Positions 1 through 9,468 of a DNA stretch of 64,000 bases are shown one piece after another. The position numbers and the translations under genes are program-made. This DNA comes from an uncultured delta proteobacterium (GTDB lineage: Bacteria > Myxococcota_A > Polyangia > Polyangiales > Polyangiaceae): NCBI GenBank assembly GCA_963782055.1, contig CAWAIF010000003.1:2336001-2400000 (forward strand), written 5' to 3'. Below the pieces are notes generated by a model. It made no database searches. It had not been told where the DNA came from and worked only from the letters and a program-made list of their open reading frames with translations. How positions within the stretch are numbered: the first letter of the stretch is position 1; each line of letters starts with the position of its first letter.

Positions 1-576
1 TGAGCTCGTTGTCCTCGGCGACCAAAAGGCGCAGCGGCCGCGAGCTCTCGGGCTCGCCTCCCGCGGGTCCGGCCGCGTCCGGCACCGTGGGCTCCAGGTG
101 CATCGCCGCCCAGATGGCCTCGAGCAGCTCCGACTGCTGAACGGGCCTCAACAGATACGCGAGCACGCCGTTCTCTCGCGCGAGCATGGAGAGCTCCGCG
201 CTGTCCTCGGAGGACAGCAGGATCAGGCGCGGCGCGCCGGCCCCCCAGCGCCGGCGGATCTCACCGGCGAGCGCGATACCATCCGCGTCGGGCATGCGCG
301 CGTCGAGCAGCACGAGGGAGACCGGTGCGCCGGCGGAGTGCGCAGTGGCCAGCGCGGCCAGCGCCTCCGCGGCGTTGCTCGCCGCAGTCGGTCGCATGCG
401 CCAGCTCGTCAGCCACTCGACGAGGGTCCTCCGATTCGTCTCGTTGTCGTCGACCACGAGTACCCGCAGGTTTGCGAGTCGCTCCGGCGAGACGGTCGCG
501 GCATCGGGATTCGCCGAACGCGCGAACCGCGCCGTGAACCGGAACGCGCTGCCGCATCCCGGCGCGCTCTGGACCG
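1..576 (-). pseudogene. 5'-truncated hybrid sensor histidine kinase (end of HATPase, receiver 1, start of receiver 2); runs off window start
   Basis: Minus frame reads VQSAPGCGSAFRFTARF...LRVLVVDDNETNRRTL...LVLLDARMPDADG...PLRLLVAEDNEL. An in-frame TAG lies at ~620 with no kinase core upstream. Confidence 0.8.
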
Positions 577-701
577 GGGTCGACGTGATCCTGGAGCTCG
601 GCGAAGGCCTGCCCCACGCCTACCCGATCATGCTCGGCACCCCCGAGGCTGCCCGGGCCACCGAGCAGATCGGGAAGTCTTTGCGGGAACGGGTCCGCTG
701 A
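576..701 (+). pseudogene. C-terminal remnant of an alpha/beta hydrolase (HSL-like esterase)
   Basis: GVDVILELGEGLPHAYPIMLGTPEAARATEQIGKSLRERVR* matches the catalytic-His tail pattern (GV.V.L....G.PH....PEA). Nothing homologous upstream. Confidence 0.6.
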
Positions 702-730
702 GGGCTCGCTGGACTCGCGACCCAGTGGCG

Positions 731-1576
731 TCAGCGGCCGCGACGCTTGGCGGGCGCCGCGCGTTTCGTCGCTGATCGCCTGAGGAAGACCGCGGCCTTC
801 TCCTCGAGCACGCGGAAGGTGAACGACTCGGTGATGTAGAGCTCCACTTCGTCGCGCGTGTGTGCGGCGTAGCCGATGGACAGGTCCTGCCCGACGGTGA
901 GCTCGAAGTCGCCGCCGCGGGTCGACAGCAGCACCGCTCCTCCCTCGAGCGCGGGTGCCCACACGAGCGGCCCGTCGATCAGGATGCCCTCGATTCGTCG
1001 GCGCGGCGGGTAGCCGTCCTCGCTGTCGGCGGTGAGCTCTGCGTAGGACTGCCTTCCGAGCGCGAGCGCGTACGGTCCCGTCGCGCCGGCTGCCCGCAAG
1101 ATCTCCTTCGCACGCACGATCGCGCGCGGCCACTCGAGCGCGGCCCCGACGTCGATGGGCGCGTGCGGGCTCGCCTGGACGATCCCCGCGATGCCGCCCG
1201 CGTCGAAGCCATGGAAGACGGCGCCGTCCTCGACACGCGCGACGCGCTCGGCCGCGGCGGTGACCGGGACCAGATCGAGGTCGCTCGCGCCACGCGCCGC
1301 GTAATCGAGCTCCTGGATCTTCAGCTTGAAGGGCGAGCGAAGCTCGACGAGCGCCTGCACCTCGCGCACGGCCGTCGGCACACCGGCTACCGGACCTTTG
1401 GCGATGAACTCCAGGCGCCCCGTGTTGACCGAGGCGAGCTTCCACCCGTGAGGGCCGGAGAAGTCGACGAGCTTGCGACCGGCCAGATGCTGCTCGAGAA
1501 CGCGGCGCGCCTCGAGATCGATCTGCTCCCAGGCCTCCGGGCAGATGGGGGCAAGGTCACGCTTGAGGAGATCCAT
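731..1576 (-). CDS. Family 1 encapsulin shell protein (linocin M18/HK97 fold)
   Basis: MDLLKRDLAPI..AWEQIDLEAR...RKLVDFSGPHGW...GDFELTVGQDLSIGY...LYITESFTFRV. The ATG overlaps the cargo stop (TGATG at 1574-1578). Confidence 0.95.
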   Translation of the reverse strand: MDLLKRDLAPICPEAWEQIDLEARRVLEQHLAGRKLVDFSGPHGWKLASVNTGRLEFIAKGPVAGVPTAVREVQALVELRSPFKLKIQELDYAARGASDLDLVPVTAAAERVARVEDGAVFHGFDAGGIAGIVQASPHAPIDVGAALEWPRAIVRAKEILRAAGATGPYALALGRQSYAELTADSEDGYPPRRRIEGILIDGPLVWAPALEGGAVLLSTRGGDFELTVGQDLSIGYAAHTRDEVELYITESFTFRVLEEKAAVFLRRSATKRAAPAKRRGR

Positions 1577-1932
1577 CACTTCGCTCCTTTGAGGCTGCCG
1601 ATGCCGAGCGAGGCCGCCGCCGCGCCTGCACCCGTGCCGTTCTTTTCGACGTCGACGATCGCGCCCGTGGAGTTCACGTAGGTCGCCAGGTTCGCATCGA
1701 ACGCGGTGTCGTGACGCCGGATCCACTCGAGCACCATCGCCGCGTGCTCGATCTCCTCATTTTTGTTGTGGAGCAGCACGGCGCGCAGCTCCTCGTCCGT
1801 GCACGCCTCGGCGCGTTGCTGGTACCAGTCGATCGCCTCGAGCTCCTCTTTGAGCGAGACGATGGCCCGATGCATGTTCTTCGTCTCTTCAGAGAGGAGC
1901 TCCTCCCTCTCGTGGAAATTCTCGCTGCTCAT
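1576..1932 (-). CDS. Encapsulin-associated ferritin-like protein (Flp/EncFtn cargo)
   Basis: HRAIVSLKEELEAIDWYQQR...HNKNEEIEHAAMVLEWIRR ferroxidase motifs and a C-terminal targeting peptide SLGIGSLK. Confidence 0.95.
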   Translation of the reverse strand: MSSENFHEREELLSEETKNMHRAIVSLKEELEAIDWYQQRAEACTDEELRAVLLHNKNEEIEHAAMVLEWIRRHDTAFDANLATYVNSTGAIVDVEKNGTGAGAAAASLGIGSLKGAK

Positions 1933-2060
1933 CGGCGACGGTCATACCACTCCATCGAGCCAGACCGGATCCGGAATCGCCGCCGACCGCGAGCTCCAGG
2001 CGATCCCTCGACGCGTCCACGTCCTGGCCACCGTGACCAGCGAGTAGGCACGCCGCCCCA

Positions 2061-2792
2061 GTGATCCTGCTCGACGAGATCGGCGACATGCCCTTGCCGC
2101 TGCAGGCCAAGCTCCTCCGCTTGCTGCAGGAGCAGACGTTCGAACGCGTCGGCGGAACCGAGACCCTGCGCACCAACGTGCGTGTCCTGGCGTCCACGCA
2201 TCGCGACCTCCGCGCGTGGTCGGCGGAGGAGAAGTTTCGCTCCGACCTCTACTACCGGATGAGCGTGTTCACGATCCATCTGCCACCGCTGCGCGAACGC
2301 GGGACGGATCTCGAGCATCTCGCGCGTCGCTTCGTGTCGCGGTTCGGGCGGGCGCTGCACCGCGACATCCGCGAGATCGCCCCCGAGACTCTCGGTCTGC
2401 TCCGCGCGTACTCGTGGCCAGGCAACATTCGCGAGCTGCAGAACGTGATCAAGCAGGCGCTGCTGCGGGCGAGCGGCACGGTGCTGCTACCGGCGTTTCT
2501 GCCGGAGCTCGAGATGGGGGCGTCGAGTGGAGCCGGGGAATCGACCGGCGCGCCGCCCGATCTGGACGCCTTCATCCGCGCGCAGATGGCGCGCCACAAC
2601 AACGACGTCTACGCGGAGACTCATCGATACGTCGACAGGTTCCTGCTGGTGCGCGCGCTCGAACGGACCGGTGGGAACCAGCGGGACGCGGCTCGCCTCC
2701 TCGGAATCTCGCGCCAGACGATGCGGACGAAGCTGCGCTCGCTCGGGCTGACGGTGAACCTGGCGCTCGAGATCGAGGACGAGAGCTCCTGA
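2061..2792 (+). pseudogene. 5'-truncated sigma-54 enhancer-binding protein (Walker B to Fis-type HTH only)
   Basis: Begins at ILLDEIGDMPLPLQAKLLR, contains FRSDLYYR, WPGNIREL and GNQRDAARLLGISR. Walker A and GAFTGA are absent; in-frame TGA at 2034. Confidence 0.85.
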
Positions 2793-2894
2793 CCAGATCA
2801 CCGCGCGCCTCGGCATCGCCAGAGGGCCCGGAAGGTCGGAGCTGACCGGGGTAGTCGATCCCGGCCTTCTCCGAGCTTCGAGGTGCCGGGCCCC

Positions 2895-3315
2895 TCAGGA
2901 CCGGGCGAGGACGAGGGGCGTGTCGACGAGATGCTCGCTCACGAACCAGACCTGACGCTCGTTGGTCCGCACGACGTCGCTCACGAGGACGTCGTTCGTC
3001 CCGTCGTCACCGAGCTCCGCGGCGCGACGCGCCAGAGCGCGCGCCTCGATGAGCACGTGCTCGTGCGCTTCGAGCAGCCGCGACAGCTGCACGGGCACCT
3101 CTTCGCGGCCGCGTAGCGGCGCTTCGACGTTGGCCAGCTCGGCGACGTCGCCGCTCATCGCGACCGAGATGCCGCCGAGCACCTGAACGCGCTCGGCGAG
3201 GGTGTCGACGAGCTCCGTCTGCTCCGCCGCGTGCTTGTCGAAGAGCAGGTGGAGCGCGTAGAAGCTCGGCCCGGACACCTGCCAGTGGTGCTTCTTGTAC
3301 AGGTCACGCAGCGCC
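2895..3315 (-). pseudogene. dps: 5'-truncated Dps (DNA-binding ferritin-like protein)
   Basis: LRDLYKKHHWQVSGPSFYALHLLFDKH...VDTLAER...DDGTNDVLVSDVVRTNERQVWF. The N-terminal helix is replaced by the antisense strand of a HATPase fragment. Confidence 0.85.
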
Positions 3316-3750
3316 TCGAGCTGGGTGGGCGTCGTGCGTGAAGCGCTCGCGCTGTTCGACGACGGCGACGCCGCGATCGATCTCGACGCGCCCAAGGCCG
3401 TTTTCGTCACCTCGCACCGGCGATCCATCGAGCGCGTCGTCCTCAACTTGCTGCGCAACGCCGTCTACTACGGGCAGGGAAGGCGCATCGAGGTGCGTGT
3501 TCGTGCGGCCCGGAGTCGCGTGCAGCTCACCGTCCGCGATCGAGGTCGCGGTATCTCGCCGGAGTGTCTCGAGCGGCTCGGCGAGCCGTACCGCTCTGGC
3601 GACGGGGCGATGCAGTTCGAACGATTCGGCCTGGGGCTCTGGATCGTGCGCCGCCTCGCCGAATCGATCGGCGCGCCGGTCCGGGTGGCGAGCCAGGTCG
3701 GCGCCGGCACGGCCGTGACGATCGCCCTGCCGCGCGCGGCCGCGCGATGA
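3316..3750 (+). pseudogene. Isolated HATPase_c domain (5'-truncated histidine kinase)
   Basis: N box VVLNLLRNAVYY, G1 VRDRGRGI, G2 GLGLWIVRRL, SQVGAGT. No HisKA domain or credible start. Confidence 0.75.
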
Positions 3751-3840
3751 TTCTTACGCCGACGACCCGAGGCTCACCGCGATCGCGCTGCTCGGGGTGC
3801 TCTTCTTCCGGACGCTGATGACGCCACGCGCCCCGAAGGC

Positions 3841-4635
3841 TCACCTGGGTACGCCGTAGAAGTAGGTGCCGGTGCCGAACGGGAGGTAGCGGAACGTGCC
3901 GTACTCCCACCGGAAGTCCTGGCCGAAGGGCGCCACCATCGCGCGCAGGTCCTCCTCTTCGTAGACGCGCAGGGTGCTCACGAGCCCGTCCCACACCGCC
4001 ATCCCGAGGGCGGCGGGCGTCAGCCAGGTCAGCACCGCCTTGGCGAACCGGTCGCGCTCGCTGAGGAGCGGGTTCGCGAGGAGCGCCGGCACGCCGGCCA
4101 TGGCGAAGTTCGCGAACTGCAATGGCTCGCGCGCGAAGCCCTCGGCCACGAATACGCCCTTGGCGCCCCTCACGGCGTCGCGAAGCACCGCGGTGGCGAG
4201 CTCGGGAGGGAAGTGGTGCAGCACGTTGATGATGGTCCGCGCGCGCCCCGTGGCGAGATCTTCCGGCACGTTCGTCGCGTCGACGGGCGCGGCGTGGAAG
4301 TCGATGGCCTCCGGCTGCGCGTCTCGCGCCGCGGACCACGCCTCCACGCGCGGGTGCAGGTCGGTCAGCACGAACCGAGGCACCGCGCGCCCGCGCCGGG
4401 ACAGAGCCTCGGCCAGGATCCGCGCCGGGCCGCCTGCCCCGGCCCCCAGATCGAGCAGCTCGGTCGAGCCCGACGCTTCCATGAAGCGCGCGAACGGATC
4501 CACGAGGCCGTCGAGCATCCGGCCCCAGTCGAGCGTGCGCGACAGGGACTCGACGATGGTGTCACGCACGGCCGGATGGACGCCGGCCAGATCGTTGAAC
4601 TCGAACAGCTGCAGGCGAGGCCACCAAGACGACAT
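3841..4635 (-). CDS. Class I SAM-dependent methyltransferase-like protein
   Basis: MSSWWPRLQLFEFND...LLDLGAGAGGP (motif I)...VLTDLHP...LHHFPP. TACGCT -10 hexamer 7 nt before the ATG. Confidence 0.8.
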   Translation of the reverse strand: MSSWWPRLQLFEFNDLAGVHPAVRDTIVESLSRTLDWGRMLDGLVDPFARFMEASGSTELLDLGAGAGGPARILAEALSRRGRAVPRFVLTDLHPRVEAWSAARDAQPEAIDFHAAPVDATNVPEDLATGRARTIINVLHHFPPELATAVLRDAVRGAKGVFVAEGFAREPLQFANFAMAGVPALLANPLLSERDRFAKAVLTWLTPAALGMAVWDGLVSTLRVYEEEDLRAMVAPFGQDFRWEYGTFRYLPFGTGTYFYGVPR

Positions 4636-4846
4636 GCTCGCGAGCGTAGCGCGTGTCGCTCCCCACGGTGATCTCGCTCCAGTCGCCTGCACGCGCATCG
4701 GAGGCGGGGCGGCGCGTCGGTCGCCGGCGGAAGCCGATGACGACGCGGCCGCAACATGCGCGCGCCAGGCGAACTTCGCGCGCTCGTCCGGTTTCTGGTG
4801 GGCGCGATTCCTCGCGTGTGAGCCACTCGGGGGCGACCCGTGCCGC

Positions 4847-4860
4847 GGCACGGCGTTTGC
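4847..4860 (+). promoter_or_regulatory. sigma-54 (-24/-12) promoter
   Basis: GGCACGGCGTTTGC (GG-N10-GC with GGCAC and TTGC) just upstream of the ATG at 4873. Confidence 0.7.
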
Positions 4861-4872
4861 GTGATCCGGAGG

Positions 4873-5835
4873 ATGGAGAAGGGAAAGGTGCACTCCTCGT
4901 CGTCGCGGCTCCGGAGGAGCGCCACGCCGCTCCTGGTCGCGGTCGTGGGCGCGGCGCTGTGGAGCTGCAGCGCCGGGTCGACACCGGGTTTGCAGCTCGA
5001 CGCGGGCGTCGACGCGCAAGGGGACGAGAGCGGCTCGGCGGACGCGGCCGATGGCAGCAGCGGCGGCATCGCCGATGCGGACGACGGCAGCGCGCTGCTC
5101 ACCGACTTCGATCGCCTTCGCGCCCTCTCCGGCAAGCGCGTCTACTTCCAGCATGCCTCCGTCGGCGGCGAAGCGATGGGCGTCTATCAGGGGATCAGCG
5201 CCTGGCCGGACCCGACCTGGGGCATCGTCAAGATCGTGGCCGACAACCCCGGGTCGGGGACCTCCGTCGCGACCGACGCGTACACGGCCGCGGCCATTCC
5301 AGCCGGGAGCATCGGGGAGTGGTCGCACGGTGCGGACAACGGCCAGCCCGCCACCAAGCTCTCGCTCTTCGATCAGCACGTCCGGGGAGGCCTCGGCGGC
5401 GCGATGGACATCGCGATGTTGAAGCTGGGGACGCCGGACATCGACCAGGGCACCGGCACGATGGCCGGAACGAACGGCCTCTCCCAGGCGACCTGGTTCG
5501 CCACGGTCTATCAGCCGACGATGGCGGCGCTCGAGGCGGCCTACCCGAAGACCACCTTCATCCACGCGACCATTCCCATTCACAACTGCGTGGCCTACTG
5601 GGGTAACGCCTACTACGAACAGTGGAACGAGCGGATTCGCAGCAGCTACCCGGGCAGGGTGTTCGACCTCGCCTACTGGGAGAGCGTCAACGTCGCGGCC
5701 GCGCGCGCTTACGGCCCGGACGGCGCGCCCTGCATCCACGCCGACTGGGCCATTCCCGGCGACGCGCACGTCAACGAGGCAGGGGCGAACTGGCTCGGAG
5801 AGCACCTGCTCGCCTTCCTCGCGAGCCTCCCGTGA
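4873..5835 (+). CDS. Putative lipoprotein with SGNH-hydrolase-like domain
   Basis: Lipobox LWSC, DAG-rich linker, YFQHASVG block-I-like motif and a C-terminal DAHVNEAG (DxH) motif. Confidence 0.6.
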   Translation: MEKGKVHSSSSRLRRSATPLLVAVVGAALWSCSAGSTPGLQLDAGVDAQGDESGSADAADGSSGGIADADDGSALLTDFDRLRALSGKRVYFQHASVGGEAMGVYQGISAWPDPTWGIVKIVADNPGSGTSVATDAYTAAAIPAGSIGEWSHGADNGQPATKLSLFDQHVRGGLGGAMDIAMLKLGTPDIDQGTGTMAGTNGLSQATWFATVYQPTMAALEAAYPKTTFIHATIPIHNCVAYWGNAYYEQWNERIRSSYPGRVFDLAYWESVNVAAARAYGPDGAPCIHADWAIPGDAHVNEAGANWLGEHLLAFLASLP

Positions 5836-5851
5836 GCGCTCCACCCTGATG

Positions 5852-5865
5852 GGCGTGGTGTATGC
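5852..5865 (+). promoter_or_regulatory. sigma-54 promoter
   Basis: GGCGTGGTGTATGC(T) upstream of the ATG at 5883. Confidence 0.5.
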
Positions 5866-5882
5866 TTCGCCGTGGAGGCGGC

Positions 5883-8471
5883 ATGAAGCAGGTGAAGCGC
5901 TCGGTCTTGGCGGTCGTTGCAGTCACGGCGCTCGCGCTGGCTTGCGGCGACCAGTCCCCCCCCAGCGGCGACCCGGATGCCGCGGTCGCCGACGGCGGCC
6001 AGCCGGACGGCGACGGCGCCTCGCCGGACGCGGGGCCGACCACGTGCGCTCCGAACGCGACGCTCCCGTGCGCGTGCGACACGGGCGTGGGCGTCCAGCG
6101 GTGCTTCCCGGACGGGAGCCGCTGGCTCGCGTGCGAATGCCACAGCTACGGCGCCGAGCTCGCCGTCAGCCCGACCGGTAGCGATGCAGCGACAGGCACG
6201 CTGAAGGACCCGTTCAAGACGCTCGGGCGCGCGCAGACGGCTGTGCGAGACCTCATCGCCTCCGGGCTCCCGGCGAACGGCGTGGTCGTCTGGCTGCGTG
6301 GCGGCAGCTACACCCTGACCAAGACGCTCGCGCTCGGCGCCGCCGACTCCGGCACGGCCAGCGCGATGGTCACCTGGAGCGGCTACCCTGGCGAGAGCGC
6401 GCACCTCGTGGGTGGCACCGCGATCGACCCCGGCGGCTTCGTTCCGGTGACGAGCGCGTCGCCGGTCTGGAGTCGACTGGACCCTTCGGTGCAGGGCAAG
6501 GTCGTCGTCGCCGATCTCAAGGCGCTCGGGATCACCGACTACGGCACCCTCGTGTCGAGCGGCAACGACTGCTCCACGGGCGCCAAGGCCTCGGCCCTCG
6601 AGCTCACCATCGACGGCGCCGAGATGCCGCTCGCGCGGTGGCCGGACCCGACCGAGAACACCGACGTCACGCCGGACAACAACGCCAGCTCGCTCCACGT
6701 CTACGGCACCGGGCTGACGCCGGACGTGAGCGGCGACTACACCAAGACCGGCGTCGTCGACGGCGTGTCGCAGTTCTCGCGAACGGGCCTCGTCGGCGGC
6801 AAGCAGTACAACCTGCATCGTCACACGTGGACGGACTCCAACGGTCCGCACACGGCGTGGTTTCTGACGACGACCGCGAGCGGCTATCCCACCAGCGCCG
6901 ACCCCTTCTTCTACGTCTACAGGCCGACGTTGCAGGACATGAGCGCCGCCAACGGCGCGGCCGGCTCGCCCTCCTTCCGCGATCCGGCGAGCATCCACCA
7001 GGGCTTCGCGCTGGTCGCGAAGGGCGTCTCCGGGACAGAGTTCCAGTACGCCGACCCGCGTCCGTCGCGCTGGGCGCAGGCGCCGGACGTCTGGCTGCAC
7101 GGCCTGTTCGAGTACGGGTGGGCCGAGTGCCACACGAAGGTCTCGTCCATCGACACCGGGAGCAAGACCATCACCGTCGCGACGGCGCCCGGCTACGGCA
7201 TCGCCGCCGCGCGGCCCTACTACGCGGAGAACCTCCTCGAGGAGATCACCGCGCCGGGGGAGTGGTACCTCGACCGCGCGTCCGGCAGCCTGTATCTGCT
7301 TCCGCCCTCGAGCCTGGCGGGCAAGTCGATCGTCGTCTCGATGCTGGGCACCCCGCTGGTGTCGCTCTCCTCCGCGTCCTACGTGACCCTGCGCGACATG
7401 ATCCTGGAGGACGGCCGCGCGAACCTGGTGGAGGCCTCCGGCGCCTCCCACATCCGCCTCGTCGGGCTCACGTTGCGCAACGGCGGCGCGTCGGGCGCCA
7501 GCGTGCAGGGGACCGACATCGGCGTCTCCTACGCGAACATCTACGGCATGGCGAACGGTGGCGTGATCATCTCGGGCGGCGACCGCCCGAGCCTCACGCC
7601 GGGCAAGGACTACGTCGAGAACTCGCACATCCACGACTACGCGCGCTGGGACTGGATGTACAAGGCCGGCGTCGTCATGTCCGGCGTGGGCAATCGCATC
7701 AGCCACAACAAGATCCACGGCGCGCCCCACAATGCCATCCTGTTCTCCGCGACGAACGACGCGCAGGTCGACTTCAACGACGTCTACGGCGTGTGCACCG
7801 CCACCGCCGACGCCGGCGCGATCTACTCCGGCCGCGACTGGGGCGCGCGGGGGGACGAGGTGAACGGCAACTACGTCCACGACATCGCGAGCTCGCTGAC
7901 GGACCTGATCCCGGCGTCGGTCGTCGGCATCTACCTGGACGACTGCCTCAGCGGCCTGCAGGTCAGGGGCAACATCATCGATCGCGTGCGCGGCCTCGGC
8001 ATCCTGCACGGCGGCGGGCGCGACGACGACATGGAGAGCAACCTCATCGCCAACTGCCAGCAGTCGGCGTTCAGCACCGACGCCCGCTGCGTGACGTGGG
8101 CGGCGGGCGGCAACGGAAACCTGCTCGCCATCCTGGAGGCGAACCACTACCAGCAGGATCCCTGGCTCACCCGCTACCCCGCGTGCGCGGCCATCCCGGA
8201 CAACCTGGCCACGATCCAGGCGAACGGGTGGGGCCTGCCGCAGGGCAGCGTCTTCTCGCGCAACGCGGGGTTCGGGAACGTCGCGTGGCAGACGGCGAGC
8301 GACAGCCAGGCGGTGCCCGCGTTCGCGGAGATCAAGGACAACGTGCCCGACGCCACGAACGTCTTCGTCGACGAGGCCGCGGGCGACATGAACGTGCCGT
8401 CGGGCTCGCCGGTCCGCGCGATCCCCGGGTTCGTGCCGACAGACTTCTCCCAGGTCGGCATCCAGCCCTGA
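5883..8471 (+). CDS. Lipoprotein with right-handed parallel beta-helix (GH141-like/pectin-lyase fold)
   Basis: Lipobox ALAC; VSPTGSD..GTLKDPFKTL..AQ, VWLRGGSY, LARWP, ENLLEEITAPGEWYLD, DAGAIYSGRDW, GIYLDD. Confidence 0.8.
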   Translation: MKQVKRSVLAVVAVTALALACGDQSPPSGDPDAAVADGGQPDGDGASPDAGPTTCAPNATLPCACDTGVGVQRCFPDGSRWLACECHSYGAELAVSPTGSDAATGTLKDPFKTLGRAQTAVRDLIASGLPANGVVVWLRGGSYTLTKTLALGAADSGTASAMVTWSGYPGESAHLVGGTAIDPGGFVPVTSASPVWSRLDPSVQGKVVVADLKALGITDYGTLVSSGNDCSTGAKASALELTIDGAEMPLARWPDPTENTDVTPDNNASSLHVYGTGLTPDVSGDYTKTGVVDGVSQFSRTGLVGGKQYNLHRHTWTDSNGPHTAWFLTTTASGYPTSADPFFYVYRPTLQDMSAANGAAGSPSFRDPASIHQGFALVAKGVSGTEFQYADPRPSRWAQAPDVWLHGLFEYGWAECHTKVSSIDTGSKTITVATAPGYGIAAARPYYAENLLEEITAPGEWYLDRASGSLYLLPPSSLAGKSIVVSMLGTPLVSLSSASYVTLRDMILEDGRANLVEASGASHIRLVGLTLRNGGASGASVQGTDIGVSYANIYGMANGGVIISGGDRPSLTPGKDYVENSHIHDYARWDWMYKAGVVMSGVGNRISHNKIHGAPHNAILFSATNDAQVDFNDVYGVCTATADAGAIYSGRDWGARGDEVNGNYVHDIASSLTDLIPASVVGIYLDDCLSGLQVRGNIIDRVRGLGILHGGGRDDDMESNLIANCQQSAFSTDARCVTWAAGGNGNLLAILEANHYQQDPWLTRYPACAAIPDNLATIQANGWGLPQGSVFSRNAGFGNVAWQTASDSQAVPAFAEIKDNVPDATNVFVDEAAGDMNVPSGSPVRAIPGFVPTDFSQVGIQP

Positions 8472-8637
8472 GCCCCCCAGGCGCGTCGGCGCACGTCCTT
8501 GCGCCCCCGTGGTCGCGGCGCATCACCAGTGAAGGCGTCGCGTCACCGACCGCAAACCGTGCATGCGCGCGAAATACCGGCCCGACGTCTCACGCGTATG
8601 ACCCCGCAAGTCTGCGGGCCCCGAGTGGGGGCGGATG

Positions 8638-8651
8638 GGCACGCTCCTTGC
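8638..8651 (+). promoter_or_regulatory. sigma-54 promoter
   Basis: GGCACGCTCCTTGC, close match to TGGCAC-N5-TTGC. Confidence 0.7.
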
Positions 8652-8667
8652 GTCCAACGAGGAGGGA

Positions 8668-9219
8668 GTGTGCGCACCCCACCCCTGGAACGCCATGCTC
8701 GCAGACCTTCAAGCGGAGAGCGGAGTCAGCCCCGACGATCGCGAAGGACGACTTCGCGAGGCCCGGGCACGCATCGGAGCCACGCTCCGTGGGAAGTGGC
8801 ACCTCGAAACGCTCCTCGGGCTAGGTGGTATGGGCGCCGTCTACGAGGCAACCCATCGCAACGGGATGCGCGGGGCCCTGAAGATCCTCGACAGGCGGCT
8901 GGGCCACTCGGGTGCGGCCCGAGAGCGCTTCCTGCGCGAGGGGCTGCTGGCCAACGAGGTCGGGCATGCGGGCGCGGTCTCGGTGCTCGACGACGACGAG
9001 ACCGAGGACGGCTGCGCGTTTCTGGTGATGGAGCTGCTCGCCGGCGCGACCCTCGAAGAGGTCGCGGAGCGGAGCGGCGGGGCGCTGCCGATGGCACAGG
9101 TGACCCGTTGTGGGATGCAGGTCCTCAAAGCCAGTCCATCATGGCCGGAGGCAGAACTGGATGTGCGGAACGGGCCCTGGTGCAGCTTCAGCCTGGGACA
9201 GCGCAGCCAGAGAGGGTGA
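8668..9219 (+). pseudogene. 3'-truncated Hanks-type Ser/Thr kinase (N-lobe only)
   Basis: LGLGGMGAVYEA, ALKIL, RFLREG and LVMELL are present. Homology stops at ~9126, before HRD and DFG. Confidence 0.8.
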
Positions 9220-9284
9220 CGATTGGTCCGGGGAGGCCGCGTTGCGCTTCGCCGCGCGAGGCGACGCCCGGCCGGCGAAGGACC

Positions 9285-9307
9285 ACCTCTCCCCTTCGGG
9301 GCGAGGT
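9285..9307. repeat. GC-rich hairpin with C(UUCG)G loop (REP-like or terminator-like)
   Basis: ACCTCTCCCC-TTCG-GGGCGAGGT imperfect inverted repeat. Confidence 0.45.
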
Positions 9308-9323
9308 CTGGCTCCAGCGGGCG

Positions 9324-9344
9324 TCTTTCGCGCTTCTTTAGCGC
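9324..9344 (+). promoter_or_regulatory. Probable KdpE-binding site
   Basis: Direct repeat TCTTTCGCGC / TCTTTAGCGC at 11-bp period upstream of the kdp operon, the OmpR-family tandem geometry. Confidence 0.6.
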
Positions 9345-9376
9345 GGAGCCACTAAAGGCTAGCGGCAGGAGATCGC

Positions 9377-9457
9377 ATGGACCTCGTCTACGTCGCCCTC
9401 ACGCTCGGAATGCTCGCGCTGACGCTGGGGCTCGTCCGCCTCTGCGATCGGCTCTGA
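9377..9457 (+). CDS. 26-aa hydrophobic peptide upstream of kdpF
   Basis: AGGAG RBS, then [26 protein letters not shown]; one TM helix; 11 nt before kdpF. Confidence 0.7.
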   Translation: MDLVYVALTLGMLALTLGLVRLCDRL

Positions 9458-9468
9458 CGAGGTCCGCC

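Noticed and set aside
1577..1726. 50-aa N-terminal extension of the encapsulin in the ORF track (possible cargo fusion)
   Set aside because: It overlaps the flp gene in another frame. The conserved MDLLKR start at 1576 is TGATG-coupled.
8488..8502. sigma-54-like motifs GGCGCACGTCCTTGC (8488) and GGCCGCACGCCTTGC (~33048)
   Set aside because: GG-to-GC spacing is 11 rather than the strict 10 nt.
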